Positions 9,838-22,105 of a stretch of 64,000 nt of DNA are shown piece by piece; within the stretch, counting starts at the first letter, position 1; the number at the start of each line of letters is the position of its first letter. The stretch is from Antedon mediterranea (lineage: Eukaryota > Animalia > Echinodermata). Location: contig NC_092680.1 in assembly GCF_964355755.1 (NCBI RefSeq), positions 2,108,001-2,172,000 of the forward strand, read 5' to 3'. The translations under genes and the position numbers were made by a program. Below the pieces are notes generated by a model. The model did not search any database, was not told where the DNA came from, and worked only from the letters and a program-made list of their open reading frames with translations.

Positions 9838-12800
9838 ATGGACGTTTTAGGTGAAGAAAATGACATCATTGTTCGGGAACAGGAAGAAGAACTTCTTCAT
9901 CAGCAAGAAAGTAATATCAGATATGTGATGACAGAACTCCATGAGTTCCTGAAACGACTTTTCAAAAAATTACCAGCACAATCATTGTTAAATTGTTCTA
10001 GGTGTGCTTTTTTTTCTAGAAAGTTACCTTGGTTTAGGCCTAGGGCTAAAATGCCAATCCATATGCATAGGTCTCTATCTAGGCTATTTAGTTTAGTAGT
10101 AGTAGGCCTACTTACTCTACCTTCCTAACCTAGCTAGCCTATTAATAACAAGAAATATTTCTTACAAAAAACGCTGCTCGCTTATTGAAAAATATTTTTT
10201 ATTTTAAATGTTTTTGAATGTGTCATTTTATTGTCACATAATAGTTATTTTACCTGAAAAAAATGTAATTTAAAGCAACAAATACTTAAATTGTCTGTCA
10301 GACAATGGTTTTTGGGTTTCTTTTCTTTTTTTATAGGCCTATGTGAATAAATATTTTTTTTTGTTACAGAAGTGAATACTCAATTTCTGTCACTTTAGTT
10401 AATTTTATTGCTAAGGTCAAATCTGGGGGTCACTTCATCACCCTAGATATTTCAATTGTGAAGTATCGTATTACAAACACAAACTTTAATGGACTGTTTC
10501 GATAATAATTCAATGATCTGACAGTGAATATACCAGAAATGCTTATTAGGGATTTGTAATTTTAGCATGACATGTCCTAATGGACTCTTTCCCAGACGTT
10601 TTTTGGGTCTACTGTAGCAGCTGGAATCAATAAATTATAAATTATTCCATTTTCACAAAACTGTCTGTCCTTAGAACTATAACTGCTGCTTGCTTTAGCT
10701 TCTGATTGAGTAGTCCTAATGGGACGTAGCGGGCTAGAGCAGCAGCGTGAAAAAACACAATATTTGTAAATTCATTAATGACTTTTATTAATCATTTGCA
10801 TTAATAATTGGAACATTTACATTGTTTAGTTCTACTAAATTTGATTTCCTTTTTATATATATTAAAAAAATATTTTTTGAATGATTTTACTTACATATTT
10901 AACTTTTTCCCACTGAAAATTAGGGTGTGTAAAAGATGGAAAAGTGTTGCAGAATTGATACTTAAATCAAGAGAAAACTGTATCACATGGGCACAGTATA
11001 ATTATCATATTGCTTCAGGATCAAGCCCTAGTCCTGCTGTTGTTCCCCACTCTCTGGGCTACTTTGGCCTTGACTTGCATAATTGCTTAAAGGTAAATAA
11101 ATCATGGCGGAATAATGCAAAATAATATTAATAGTAAGATGTATTTTTTGTAACAATAACGCATTGGCAGCGTTATTATTAAATTATGGTGGAATAACCT
11201 CCCTAATTGAACATCATTAATACCACAACTATTAATAATTGATTATGTTGTTTTAGGAAACTTGGAGTGTTCCAGCTTCCTGTTTATTTTTTAGTGAATT
11301 TCAAACTGCAGATAAATTTCATGGTTCACCGGTTACAGATAAAAAAAAATCTTCAGTTACCATTCAGAAGCATATTAAAGCAGCTCTGCCGCCATCATGT
11401 GATATTCTGTCTGTTACAGTTCCTGGAACTATTAGTAAGTACATACAATAATACACATGCATGGAGATAGAAAGAATACTTTCATTAATGAATAGCTCGA
11501 CTTTTCTATTCAACGAGATGGAGTTGAATAGCTAGTATACAGGTTTCAAAAAATGAAAACATATTTCCCATACACAGAATATGAAACAGTCACTATTTGT
11601 CTTCTAACACAGATATGGTCAACGATCAACTTTTATGCAAACCATCTTGAATACAAAAAGTTTACAAAATATTTATTTATTATTTATATAAATGCAAAAA
11701 AGAATTAGACAACTTTTACAGAATACTTTTTACTATCATTACTGTATATCCTTGGGTATAATCCCACCCACCTAGAATGAAAAATTGGGCGAACTAAGTG
11801 GGACTATATCTGAGGAAACCCTGGTTCAGAAAAGCATTTCTTATAAAAACTCCTCTGAACTGGCTAGACATCCACACCAAAGTCAATACTTGGTCTATAC
11901 CCGGGGATATGCCTGTTTGTCAGACTTAAAGTAGTGGGTGGGATTAAACCCGAAGTGGGATTATACCCAAGAAGGATATACAGTATTTCTGATTTTTTCA
12001 TATGGAACTCAACTTTTGAAATGTTTTAAATAGGTACAACCAGAAATTTAGCAAACTGTGCTGAATCCGAAGGTGAAGGTGGAGCAGTGGCAATCCTGTT
12101 TCCAAAGATGGAAGGGGTTCAAATCTACAAGGTGTCCATTCAGAATCATCGTGGCATCTGGGAACAATCAGGGGTAGAAAGACACCAAAATGTGAAATGC
12201 ATCCTTACGATGACGTCAAACACAAGTATGAGCACAAGTCCTGCTGGTGAACGACTTCAGAACACCTTCTTCAGAGATGGACAAACACCAGTAATAGCTG
12301 GCGCTGTTATTGACTACAGTTTAAGGTAATTAATCAGAAGAGTGGAGTTGTGACTTTGTGGTTATGATGCTTCACTACCACTCCAAGGGTCCTGGGTTCA
12401 AGTCCTGTCATGTGTTGTCTAATGACAATTTACAACTCCACCCTAAAGACTTGTAATAAGACTTTGTTTATGTAGAGAATCTTGTGTATATGTTTGTCAG
12501 AAGGATAGTGAGTGAATTTGCTTATGGATGGTTATCCTTGGCAATTTTCCTAAATATATAAAAATAAATAACACAAAAAAAACAAACAGAAACAGACCAG
12601 GGATTAAAAATCATAATAACAATTCTGCCTCTTTAAATAGAACAGTCCATCTTTCATTGAATGGAAATATTGTATCCATTCCATACAAAACATTCATATT
12701 CGTTTTAAACACACCTACTGTGAATGTCTAGGTCCATCAAGAAGATAAATTGGGCCTCGCAATATACAGTAGCTATTATTACACACCGCTCCGACTATAG

Positions 12801-13312
12801 GCCTGGTGGTTTTTCAAACGCACAAGAGTCACCAGCATTGCATAGCATACAATTCTAACTAACTATATTACTCCATGATCGTAAATTTGTTTTTCCTTAA
12901 AGACACTGTTGCATAAATTTATTTTTTTTTGGTTTACAGTGATACTACAGACTCTACAGAATGTATCGTCTTTGCGGGAGATCGTGTAAATGCGGCTTCT
13001 ATACTTCTAGATGAAAATGTGGACACTGAAGAACACGTAATCAGAGAACTTACACAATTAAAAAATGCTGGGCTATCGGAGACCAACAGTATAGGCTTCA
13101 TGTTTGCTTGTATCGGTCGTGGAAGCGAATTCTTCCAAGACTGGGACGTAGAAAGTAAGGCATTTCGTAAGATTTTTCCAAGAACACCACTTTTTGGCGT
13201 GTTTGGTAACGGTGAAATTGGCTGTACTAATCTGCCTAAGTCAAAGTGGAAAAAGGTACCACAAATGACGCATGGATATACTACAATAATATGTTTAATT
13301 TCATTTGGATGA
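9838..13312 (+). CDS. FBXO22: F-box only protein 22-like (F-box + FIST-C); ~5 exons (9838-10001, 10924-11092, ~11256-11434, ~12033-12325, 12940-13312)
   Basis: F-box LKRLFKKLPAQSLLNCSRVCKRWK across exons 1/2; FIST-C motif GFMFACIGRG...PLFGVFGNGEIG...HGYTTI. Confidence 0.9.
11740..11985. mobile_element. MITE with ~28-bp TIRs and TA flanks (Tc1/mariner-like)
   Basis: TACTGTATATCCTTGGGTATAATCCCAC ... GTGGGATTATACCCAAG(AAG)GATATACAGTA. Confidence 0.75.
12350..12600 (+). mobile_element. Degenerate tRNA-derived SINE
   Basis: A-box-like sequence and B box GGTTCAAGTCC at ~12395, A-rich tail at ~12560-12590; a related head with CAACTCCAC lies at 18510-18680. Confidence 0.55.
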
Positions 13313-13927
13313 TTAAAAAGAGAAACTTTTCCTGTTTTAAAATATACACAGTATTGCAGAGAAGCCAACTTGAAAAGTGAAATATTAGAAGACCTTATAA
13401 AAGCATAGCTAAACATTAGAGGGTGCTACAATTATAGTATAGTATACAATACATAGAGGCCGCTAATTAAAAACAATCCAATTTTCATCTTTTCAAGAGT
13501 TTTACACGAAATGCTGAAAAAAATAAATTTCTACTTCAGTACAGCTGATCCCATTCTTTGGGACACCCCTATTAAACAGATATGTCCTTTAAATGAATGA
13601 GTGCCTGCGTTAACACTGGCCAACCCCTATTAGGCGAAACCTCTATTAAAGGGACCCCTGTTTGCTCCTGAAAGTGCCTCCTTTTAATTCAAACATTTTT
13701 AGTCGGTGAAAGTGTACAGTGTATTATAATATAATTAATACTGTACTATTTTGCAACATGTCATCATGTACAAATGCAGCATTCAAAGTCGAATGTTATT
13801 ATAAGATGTGATGTCCCCGTGAAAATGAAAATGCTCACTCATTTAAATAGTTGTTTACCCTAATTTTTAAGGAAATAACTATAAAAATGGTATAGTAAAT
13901 AGATTTCATCTCATTACTTTCTACCAG

Positions 13928-15892
13928 TCAAGAGTTTGTAACAGTTCGCAACCATTCAGTATCTGATAGATCATGCAATATTTCAACAAGTTTCCATCCG
14001 CCTTGTCGTTCACAGCCCAAGAGATAGTCCTCATTGAACGGTAGTTCAATATATCTATTATAACACAACACTAAAACTTGGACTAGTCTTGCTTGGATGC
14101 ATGTCCGTAGAAGACGTATTTGCCATGTTGGTAACTGTATAACGGACGTATATCCAGCAATGACTTGTCTAGCAACGTTGAGGTAGCTGTCGATATCGTA
14201 TAACATGGTGTGTGCTAACGTTATGACAAGGTCAAATAGTACGTATGAGCGGATAGAGTCTCCGAAGTCGATGACAGAAAGTGATGCATTGTCACCTGTA
14301 TAGTCTACTACAATATTTGCGGGTCTGAAGTCACCGTGAATAACACCTACCAACAAAAAAAGTAGTATTAATTTATTGACCAATTGGAAATATTTAAATT
14401 TACGATAGCCACCAAAAGAAGCAGGTGCTTGTCAATTTGGTTACCAATCGTTATTTACACACAGACACAGGACACCATAACAACATTTAGAACAAGTCAT
14501 AAACACATTATTAAATAAAATGCATTATAACAAATTGTTAAATGGGTCGCCCACACAACTGGTCGGCACCTCCGGTTTGCAATCACAATTTCATTTACGC
14601 AAAGACGTAAGTGAGACGTACCAAAGTAATTTGACCAATCACGACGTACTTATCGCTTGTGATTCCCCAACGCACCACGTTGCAAGTACGCCCTTGTGTT
14701 TTGTGAAAACCAAGCGAAAATGTGAAAAACCTCTGTGGAATAAACGCATTTAAATAACTGTTTTACTCGGATACGTACCTTCTTTCAATTGGCTACATTT
14801 CGGAAGCACATTTGTTCGGAATTCGTCGATAACGGATTCAGATAGTTGCCGTTTTTTATCAGTCAGAGCAGCTAGTTTTGATGGCGCAATTTCCACAATT
14901 TTAGTTAAATTCCATTCATAGTCGTCCATTTGTTTAAAATATTCATGACTAAAATCCTTGACAAAAAAAAAATAGCATCACTATTTAGACTATTTAACAG
15001 AAAACAATATCGATGTATAAAATAACTGTTCGCAATACCTCAAAATGTCGTTTTATTTCGGCAAGAAAAACACCAAGACGATGAAGTAATGTCGAATCAA
15101 ATTCCAATGCCGCCATAATTTCCCCCTTCATGTAGCTTAGCAGTCTGACAATATATGTGCCATATTTTCTAATTCCTAAAGAAAATTGCAATGATTAAAA
15201 TGATTGAAAATAAACAGTTGCATGTTATCTGGTTGCATGTGACGAAATAAAAAAAATTCTTTATGTTGGTATGAACGCACGGTCCAAATATGGTAGTGAC
15301 ATGATGTCATCGCGTCAATATATGGGCACATCACATTTTCTTGTCACATAAAGTTTGATATTGTAGACAGAGCTTAAGGTGTACAATATAGTGAAACCAC
15401 AAAATAGACAATATAAGTTGAAACGTGCGCACAAAACATGATACGATACAAAACCTTATAAGACCGGCCTCGCCGTGACAGTGACGGCAGTGCAGTATGA
15501 ATTATTAATAATAAACTTAATAAGTCATAAGCTACTGTACCTTTGCTGTTTTTTTCCATACTGACTAAATGCATATAGTTCCCGTTTAAATTAGCTATTG
15601 GTCGACTGCAAGCAACACCTTGCGCGCTCATATGTCGCATCATTGCAGTTTGTCCGTCAAGCCATCCTACATTACGTGAATCTTCTAAGTTGGTAATCTT
15701 TAGTACGAACTTGCTACATTCGTTTTCAACACTTGTTTGACTTACTTTCACGTAGAAATTCTTGTCACTGTAGCCCGTCAATTCCTGCACACCCTCGATT
15801 GCAATGCCGTACAGGTTGTCTACGAGACCTGGAACATCATCAGATGTAATTAACGGAATAAAAGATTCTTGGCAAAAGTTTTCATACGACAT
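13928..15892 (-). CDS. HYKK: Hydroxylysine kinase-like (aminoglycoside phosphotransferase fold); 4 exons (15892-15541, ~15175-15039, ~14957-14779, 14347-13928)
   Basis: ELTGYSDKNF, FVLKITN, VRLLSYMKG, HGDFRPANI and IDFGD motifs. Confidence 0.9.
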
Positions 15893-16759
15893 GGTGATCT
15901 GAATAATGCGGTCTGAATTTTGACTGTTAAACACTGACAAATGATAAGATGTCGACACAGTGATGACCACGAACAAATACAAACCAACAACAGACTCACA
16001 ATAAACTAGTTAATGGTATGGCATAGCATAGCATGACCAGTATTGTCTAGATTAATACCAGACTTTGCATATATGTGTTTATATTTTGTAATACAGGTAA
16101 TGATCACTTCCACATCAGTGGGCATGGGCCAAAAATGGTAAAACTAAGTGCTTAATCTTTATCATTCTAATGCCGTTTGCATTGTAATTTGTGGAATTCA
16201 GGCCTATTATTAGAAGTGGGGTTGAAAAAATGAAGAAAAACTAAGATATTTTGTTTAGATTCAGACAACGTGAATACACGTTGTTCCGGTCAATAGATCA
16301 GGATAATAAAAATACCATTTCAACTTATTGTATTGTCATTGTTTTACCACAATGTTTAGTCACAAAGTCACGATCTGTTATTGTGAAAACCAGCTCAATT
16401 GAATATCACTTGGCCTCTACAGTCGACGTTCTCGTACGGAATCACTTCAATTTACCATGGAAGTATAAAATTATAAGTATATTTTATACCTCCATTAATA
16501 ATATTTACAGCGTGCTGTAGTCAGCTGACGGCAAACCGGGCAAACAGACCCAATAATAACATTTATTGATACATACTCTTATGTCTAATATTGAAATTAC
16601 AACTTAAAAATAATAAAAAATTACACTTTCTTTTTATAAGTTTATTGACAAACAAAATTATTTTCAAAAGTGAGCACACATAAATATTTGCATTACTTGT
16701 TTTAATTGCCGCCAGACGTTACCGTGTCATTAGCTATGTATGTTTAGTACTGTAACTAA

Positions 16760-16913
16760 AGCTCTGTCCACACTATCAAACATTATGAAAAAAAAGTGAT
16801 GTGCCCATAATATGGACATGATGATGTCATATCACTACCATATTTGGGCATATCATTACCATTTGGTCACATCACACTTTTTTTGACAAACTTGTTTGAG
16901 TGTAGACAAAGCT
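16760..16913. mobile_element. MITE family A, full copy
   Basis: TIRs with TAA target-site duplication on both sides. Confidence 0.9.
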
Positions 16914-17111
16914 TAATACCGTTATGTGCATATCTACCATGTATGAAAAGAATAGATAAAAATTAAATGTGTCTTTCAGTAATATGAGCACATCTATCAT
17001 GTATAAGAACGTACAATAAATAAGATGAAATAATGGTAAAGAATGTATGTTATGCGAGTACCTCTCGGCGAAAACAGCGCTCTAATAATTGTATTCACAA
17101 ACCAAAAGCTT

Positions 17112-17360
17112 GCTGCTTCATGATTGGTCAATAGTTTTTGCGCATGGAATAGGATGCATGTTTGATGAGCATTTTTTATTCATGATTGGTCAATAGCTGG
17201 TGTGTGTGTGTGACGTGTGTGCAGAGGATGTAAAGGTTACTCTTTTAATGATTGGTCAATAGTTTTTTTGCGCGTAGAAGAGGATGCATGTTTGATGAGC
17301 GTTGCTTCTTCATGATTGGTCAATAGCTGTTCTGTGTAGAGGATGTAACGTTTACTCCTT
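17112..17360. repeat. Composite tandem repeat (~64-bp subunits, ~128-bp dimer)
   Basis: ATGATTGGTCAATAG at 17120, 17182, 17248 and 17312 with alternating spacer types. Confidence 0.85.
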
Positions 17361-17373
17361 TAGTTATTCATGC

Positions 17374-17667
17374 TCAATTATATCCCTTCCATGCAAAAGA
17401 ATTTAAGATTCCTATTTCCTTCAGTTTTCCTTCTGGTACACGTCTTGAATCAGGAACTCTGTCAATCTTTGTTAATCGTTCCACCACCCTGTCAATTTGA
17501 TCGGCACTCATCGGTTTTGTCGAACGCTTCGGTGGGCCAAGTTCTCGACGTTTCGGCACATAGTACAACCGATTCACAACTTTCTCCACGTCGTAATCCG
17601 ATATTTTCTGGTATCCTAGACTCATGTTTTTCGGTTTGCTTACCGTACCCCATGGTCGTTTCGACAT
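17374..17667 (-). CDS. Uncharacterized 97-aa basic protein with an internal two-fold repeat
   Basis: Coding-like composition; repeats ISDYDVEKVVNRLY / MSADQIDRVVERLT; strong acceptor (T-run + AG) 8 nt before the ATG; upstream GTGAGT donors at ~18047 and ~19158. Confidence 0.75.
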   Translation of the reverse strand: MSKRPWGTVSKPKNMSLGYQKISDYDVEKVVNRLYYVPKRRELGPPKRSTKPMSADQIDRVVERLTKIDRVPDSRRVPEGKLKEIGILNSFAWKGYN

Positions 17668-18307
17668 AATTTCGTCTAAAAAAATATAATATATAATTTA
17701 ATAAATTTACATGCAATAATGTGTTACTAATGCATGGTATAATTCTAATGTTCTTAATTAAGTATGGCCTTGGCCTATATACTGAAAGATAGGCCTACAG
17801 AATATTTTTTAATTTGTTGTTTACTTTCAAAACATAAAGCGAGACGAAGTGTATTTAGCGAGTGCTACGATGATTTATTGTTTTATATTATAATTTATTA
17901 AAAATCTTGATTTTTTGTTTTGTTATTATTTATTACCGGGAACGTGCAACGCTTTCAACACGCTTTTTAATTATTTTTCTTTTCAAATCTTCAACTCGAT
18001 AGGCTTTCATTCTATCACCAGTTGTAAGTATATGCCATATAACACTCACACAATTGCCTCATATTGTATAAAAACAAATACTGAAACTGACAAAAGCTAT
18101 GTTGGAAAAAAATTACGTTTATACCATTGTGCTAAACAAAAACACAATTATGAGGAAAGGGTCCGTTGTTATTGAGTAAATTTATTGAAATATTCCTTAA
18201 TTAATAATTAATCTACATTTTTATTCATCATAGGGTTTTAAAGCAGTATTTTTCATTCAAGTATTTATTTTTAAGCAATTGTATTTATAGTTTATCCAAC
18301 TATTCAA

Positions 18308-18372
18308 TTACTGTACAGTATTATTACTGTACAGTATTATTACTGTACAGTATTATTACTGTACAGTATTAT
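18308..18372. repeat. 16-bp tandem repeat x4 with palindromic core
   Basis: (TTACTGTACAGTATTA)n. Confidence 0.9.
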
Positions 18373-18509
18373 TTGTAAATAAAAGGTATGATATTAAACA
18401 TAAAGTATACTGCATTATGGGCCTATGCCATGTATGATCAAATATTCGCAAGTTAAGAACTTAATTTCTAATCTATAGCAACTTTCGTAGTAGAGCATAA
18501 GTTGTGAAC

Positions 18510-18680
18510 CTGTAGCTTGGTGGTTAACGTGTTACCTTCCAATCCCAAGGTTTGGGGTTCAATCCTGATTAGGGTTGTAACTCAACTATTTCAACTCCAC
18601 TTCCTAAGCCTCAAATGAGACTTAAGTTTATAAGCGCGATCAATTATTGAATAATACAATAAAAACAATATAAATAAATA
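18510..18680 (+). mobile_element. Degenerate tRNA-derived SINE
   Basis: TAGCTTGGTGGTTAA A box, GGTTCAATCC B box, A-rich tail. Confidence 0.6.
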
Positions 18681-20175
18681 CTCGTTTGCCAGTTCCAGTG
18701 TGGTTAGATTTTCTTCAATTTCTTATCGCTTTTTACAAGAACATTCACACTAACAATACTCAATTGATATTGTTAACAACACCCTTTAACGAATCAATAG
18801 GCTTGGGCCTATCTTGTGCGTTTACGAGTTGTTATCCTTGAACACTAATCACTAATACAAATGAAATGATATAGGGGAAATTCTATAGTTTTTGGTTTTT
18901 TTTTGCTACGGGCGGGACATAAAACTAACCATTATCTTACAAATACAAATGATATAACATTTTAAGTAGAATAAATGTTCCTATTATTAAGTATTAAAGT
19001 TATTTAACACACCACACAAAGACTCATGGAAAATTAGAATGCCCAAACACCGCAAACACCTTAACACTGTACAGTTCTTGCAAGTTATAAAAATAGTTAT
19101 CTACAATAACCAAGTTATGCCAATTACGTTCCGACTTCTTAATAAACGAGTGTACTCACCACTGACGTTGTAAAGCTTATAAAATATTCTAAATTTGTAA
19201 ACTTCAATGCATAAAAAAATTATATCGTATAAATAAGGACTATTTTAGACGAACACAGGAAACAATGTATGGATGTGTACTATGTAGTACTATACCAACC
19301 GTATTTACTTAGTTTCTTTGTTGTACTGTTGCTATAGCGTGAAGGAGGTAGACCTTATACACCTCTGAATCTCTACAGGGACGTTTATATTGAGGGCGCT
19401 ATTTAATTTAAAAGACGCTATGCGTCTGTGACTCGTCAAAATCAAGTTACATGTCGTCGTTTTATTGAAGATTTTTTTATTCTAGTTAGATTGAAATTCC
19501 ATTCCAATTTTTATTTAAAAACATAAAATAGAACAGTAAAACCATGTAATTGTGACACCTTTAAAACCCAACCCATTGTCCCTTTATGTGGGTTTCCAAA
19601 GTGAATCTCCCTAATAGGAGTGGCTGTAGTATCAAATAATATTTTCCCTGGTTCGTTACAAAAATAGTCCACTTAATAGGGGGTGGTATCCCGTGAACAT
19701 GAGTGTCCTAAAGGTGTTTTAATGTTTAATATAGGGGTGGGCTTCATCTGCTCTGGTAATGAGAATATCATTTATTTAAAACAGTGAAACAAACAATTTA
19801 CAAATTATAGTTGGTTAATATTTTATTGCTTTTTACAAAACAAACAAAAGAAATATGTGATGTATACATTATTTATAGTAAATACAGTAGTATCAAAACA
19901 GAAAATTCTGTACTCTTGCGCAATAAAACAATTTCCTCCTATTGTTAAACTATTGTTATTTATAGTAAATAGTATTAAAACACAAAATTCTGTACCCTTG
20001 CGCAATAAAACAATTTGTAAACAACATTGTAACAATATTGTAAAACTGTACATTTCAACAAGCATTTGTTCACCTTTTTCTGTGAAGTACCTTAACTTGG
20101 TGGTGCTTAGTAAATCTACTTGGCTGGATGGGTTATTAACATTCTCATTCGCTGGTTCACTTTTAATTGAATAGC

Positions 20176-21738
20176 TTATGACTGTGACAGATGGTTGATG
20201 GTTTTTTGAACGTCTTTCATTGGAATTTTGTTGCACGCTTTTGCAGCCTAAAAAATAATTGTAAAAAGAAGTTTTAAATAGTACTTCATAAATTGTAAGG
20301 AATGAAATAAATGTGAGTGAATCTCACAAAAGACATAAAAAAAAGAAATAAATAAAGTATTCCATGTGCAAAACCAACCAGTAAAGAACTTTATAATGTT
20401 TTAAATGCTGCAATAACGTCATTTTAATATATTTGAATTCTTACAAGTAGCCATAGCCATTAACTTAACATCAATCTGATTTTATTATATCATTATGTTT
20501 TACATACAGTTTTTGTTTCCATACATAAAATGTACTAAAACAACAGAATGTAATAACATGAGAAAAGAATCTCACAGTTTCAAATGCTTTGAATTTCTTT
20601 AGTTTCTGTTGTGTATCGGCAAGCTGTCTTTTTCTAGGTTTTAATGCTTCTTTTAATCTTTTATTTTCTTCTTCGTGCTGTTGAAGTAACTTCACCAGCC
20701 TTTCCTTCTCTTTCAATTTTGGCTGCATTCTGTGATTCCTAACGTCAGTATCTGGATTTCCACTTGGTCTCCTGTTGAAGTATAATTCAATAAAAAAATC
20801 AGTAGTTATATTACAATTAGATACATTATACCTTTGTTGGGTAGTAATAATATCGAACATTTATAAAGCGCTCTTTATTGGAGTCTCACAGCGCAGTAAA
20901 AGTGTTCCAATAATACTGTTCCCTGAATAGGTGTCCAAAAGGATGGATTCTACTGTATCTATTTTCAATAAATTTAACAAAACAATTCCTTCTTTTTCAC
21001 CCATACTTACCATGCTGGTTGTTGACGATCTGTTGGTATATCATTGATTAAATCATCAAGTTCATTAAATAATGGTACCAAATTCTCTTCTTCTATCATT
21101 AATTCCAATTCACTCTAAATAAAAAAACAAAAAGTGCATATTAATTATTATACATTACACTTTCACATCCTAGATAAAATTACAGTAAAATATTATAGAC
21201 AAATGTATAATTAATTATAAATCATAACAATAATATTAATAATAATAATTATATTGTTTGGGAAAGATTGAAGACAGACATTTATTATTAATATTAAAAT
21301 ATTATAAATTACCTGTACAGTTGATTTGAGATTTTCTACAAATTGTGAAACAATACTCCTCAACGCCTTCTCACTTGCAAATTTATAATGATTTGCAAAT
21401 GTTTTGTACCTACAACAAACAATAAATACAGATTAGCGACGCCGCTATGTATGTCTAGGCCTACACTACAGTAACATGTTGGGACAACCGACAAAACAGC
21501 GGGTTGGCCAGGCGGGTACGTTGCCAAGCTGTGGTGGTACAATCAATTATTCTTAGCCAAGGCCTAACCTTTTACGCCTACCTAAAAACCATAATGTTTC
21601 ATACCTTGCCGATTCCAAACATTTTTTTACTGTTTTACCAAGTGCTTCTCTTAAATGAATAATATGAATGCCATCTGTAGTGCTTTTATTCGTTTGTTTT
21701 GAAGAACTTGCACAGTCGGAATTTAAACTGTCCGCCAT
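20176..21738 (-). CDS. PMF1: Polyamine-modulated factor 1 / Nnf1 (MIS12 kinetochore complex); 5 exons (21738-21605, ~21408-21313, ~21113-21010, ~20771-20576, 20247-20176)
   Basis: LREALGKTVKKCLESAR, ELIIEEENLVPLFNELDDLI, AWRPSGNPDTDVRNH, C-terminal coiled coil. Confidence 0.88.
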
Positions 21739-22105
21739 TTTTGTTTTGTAAACATTGAACGTTGTTATGGCGCGTTACAAGAGCAAAAATAATCAATTAA
21801 ATGTGTGTAGTATTATTTACTAAAATTTCCGACCAAAACTTTGTCGATTTGTTTTTCGATTGATTGATTCTCTAATCATTCTATCCTGTCTTCTTTTTCT
21901 GTGACTTTTTTTTAGTGATTTTAAAAAGACAAAAATAACATTTGCTTTTGTTTATGCCTTATTGACGCGCCATACTAGATTATTGTATTTTTATTTGACA
22001 ACACTCGGTGGTTGGAGGATTACAGTTATTTGTTTGGAAATAATTGTTTAAAATTAAGGAATTAATAGATTTTAATGAGAATGAATAATATATAAATTAT
22101 TCAAA

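Noticed and set aside
19823-20236. 137-aa minus-strand ORF
   Set aside because: An off-frame read of the PMF1 last exon and 3'UTR; the spliced frame stops at 20176
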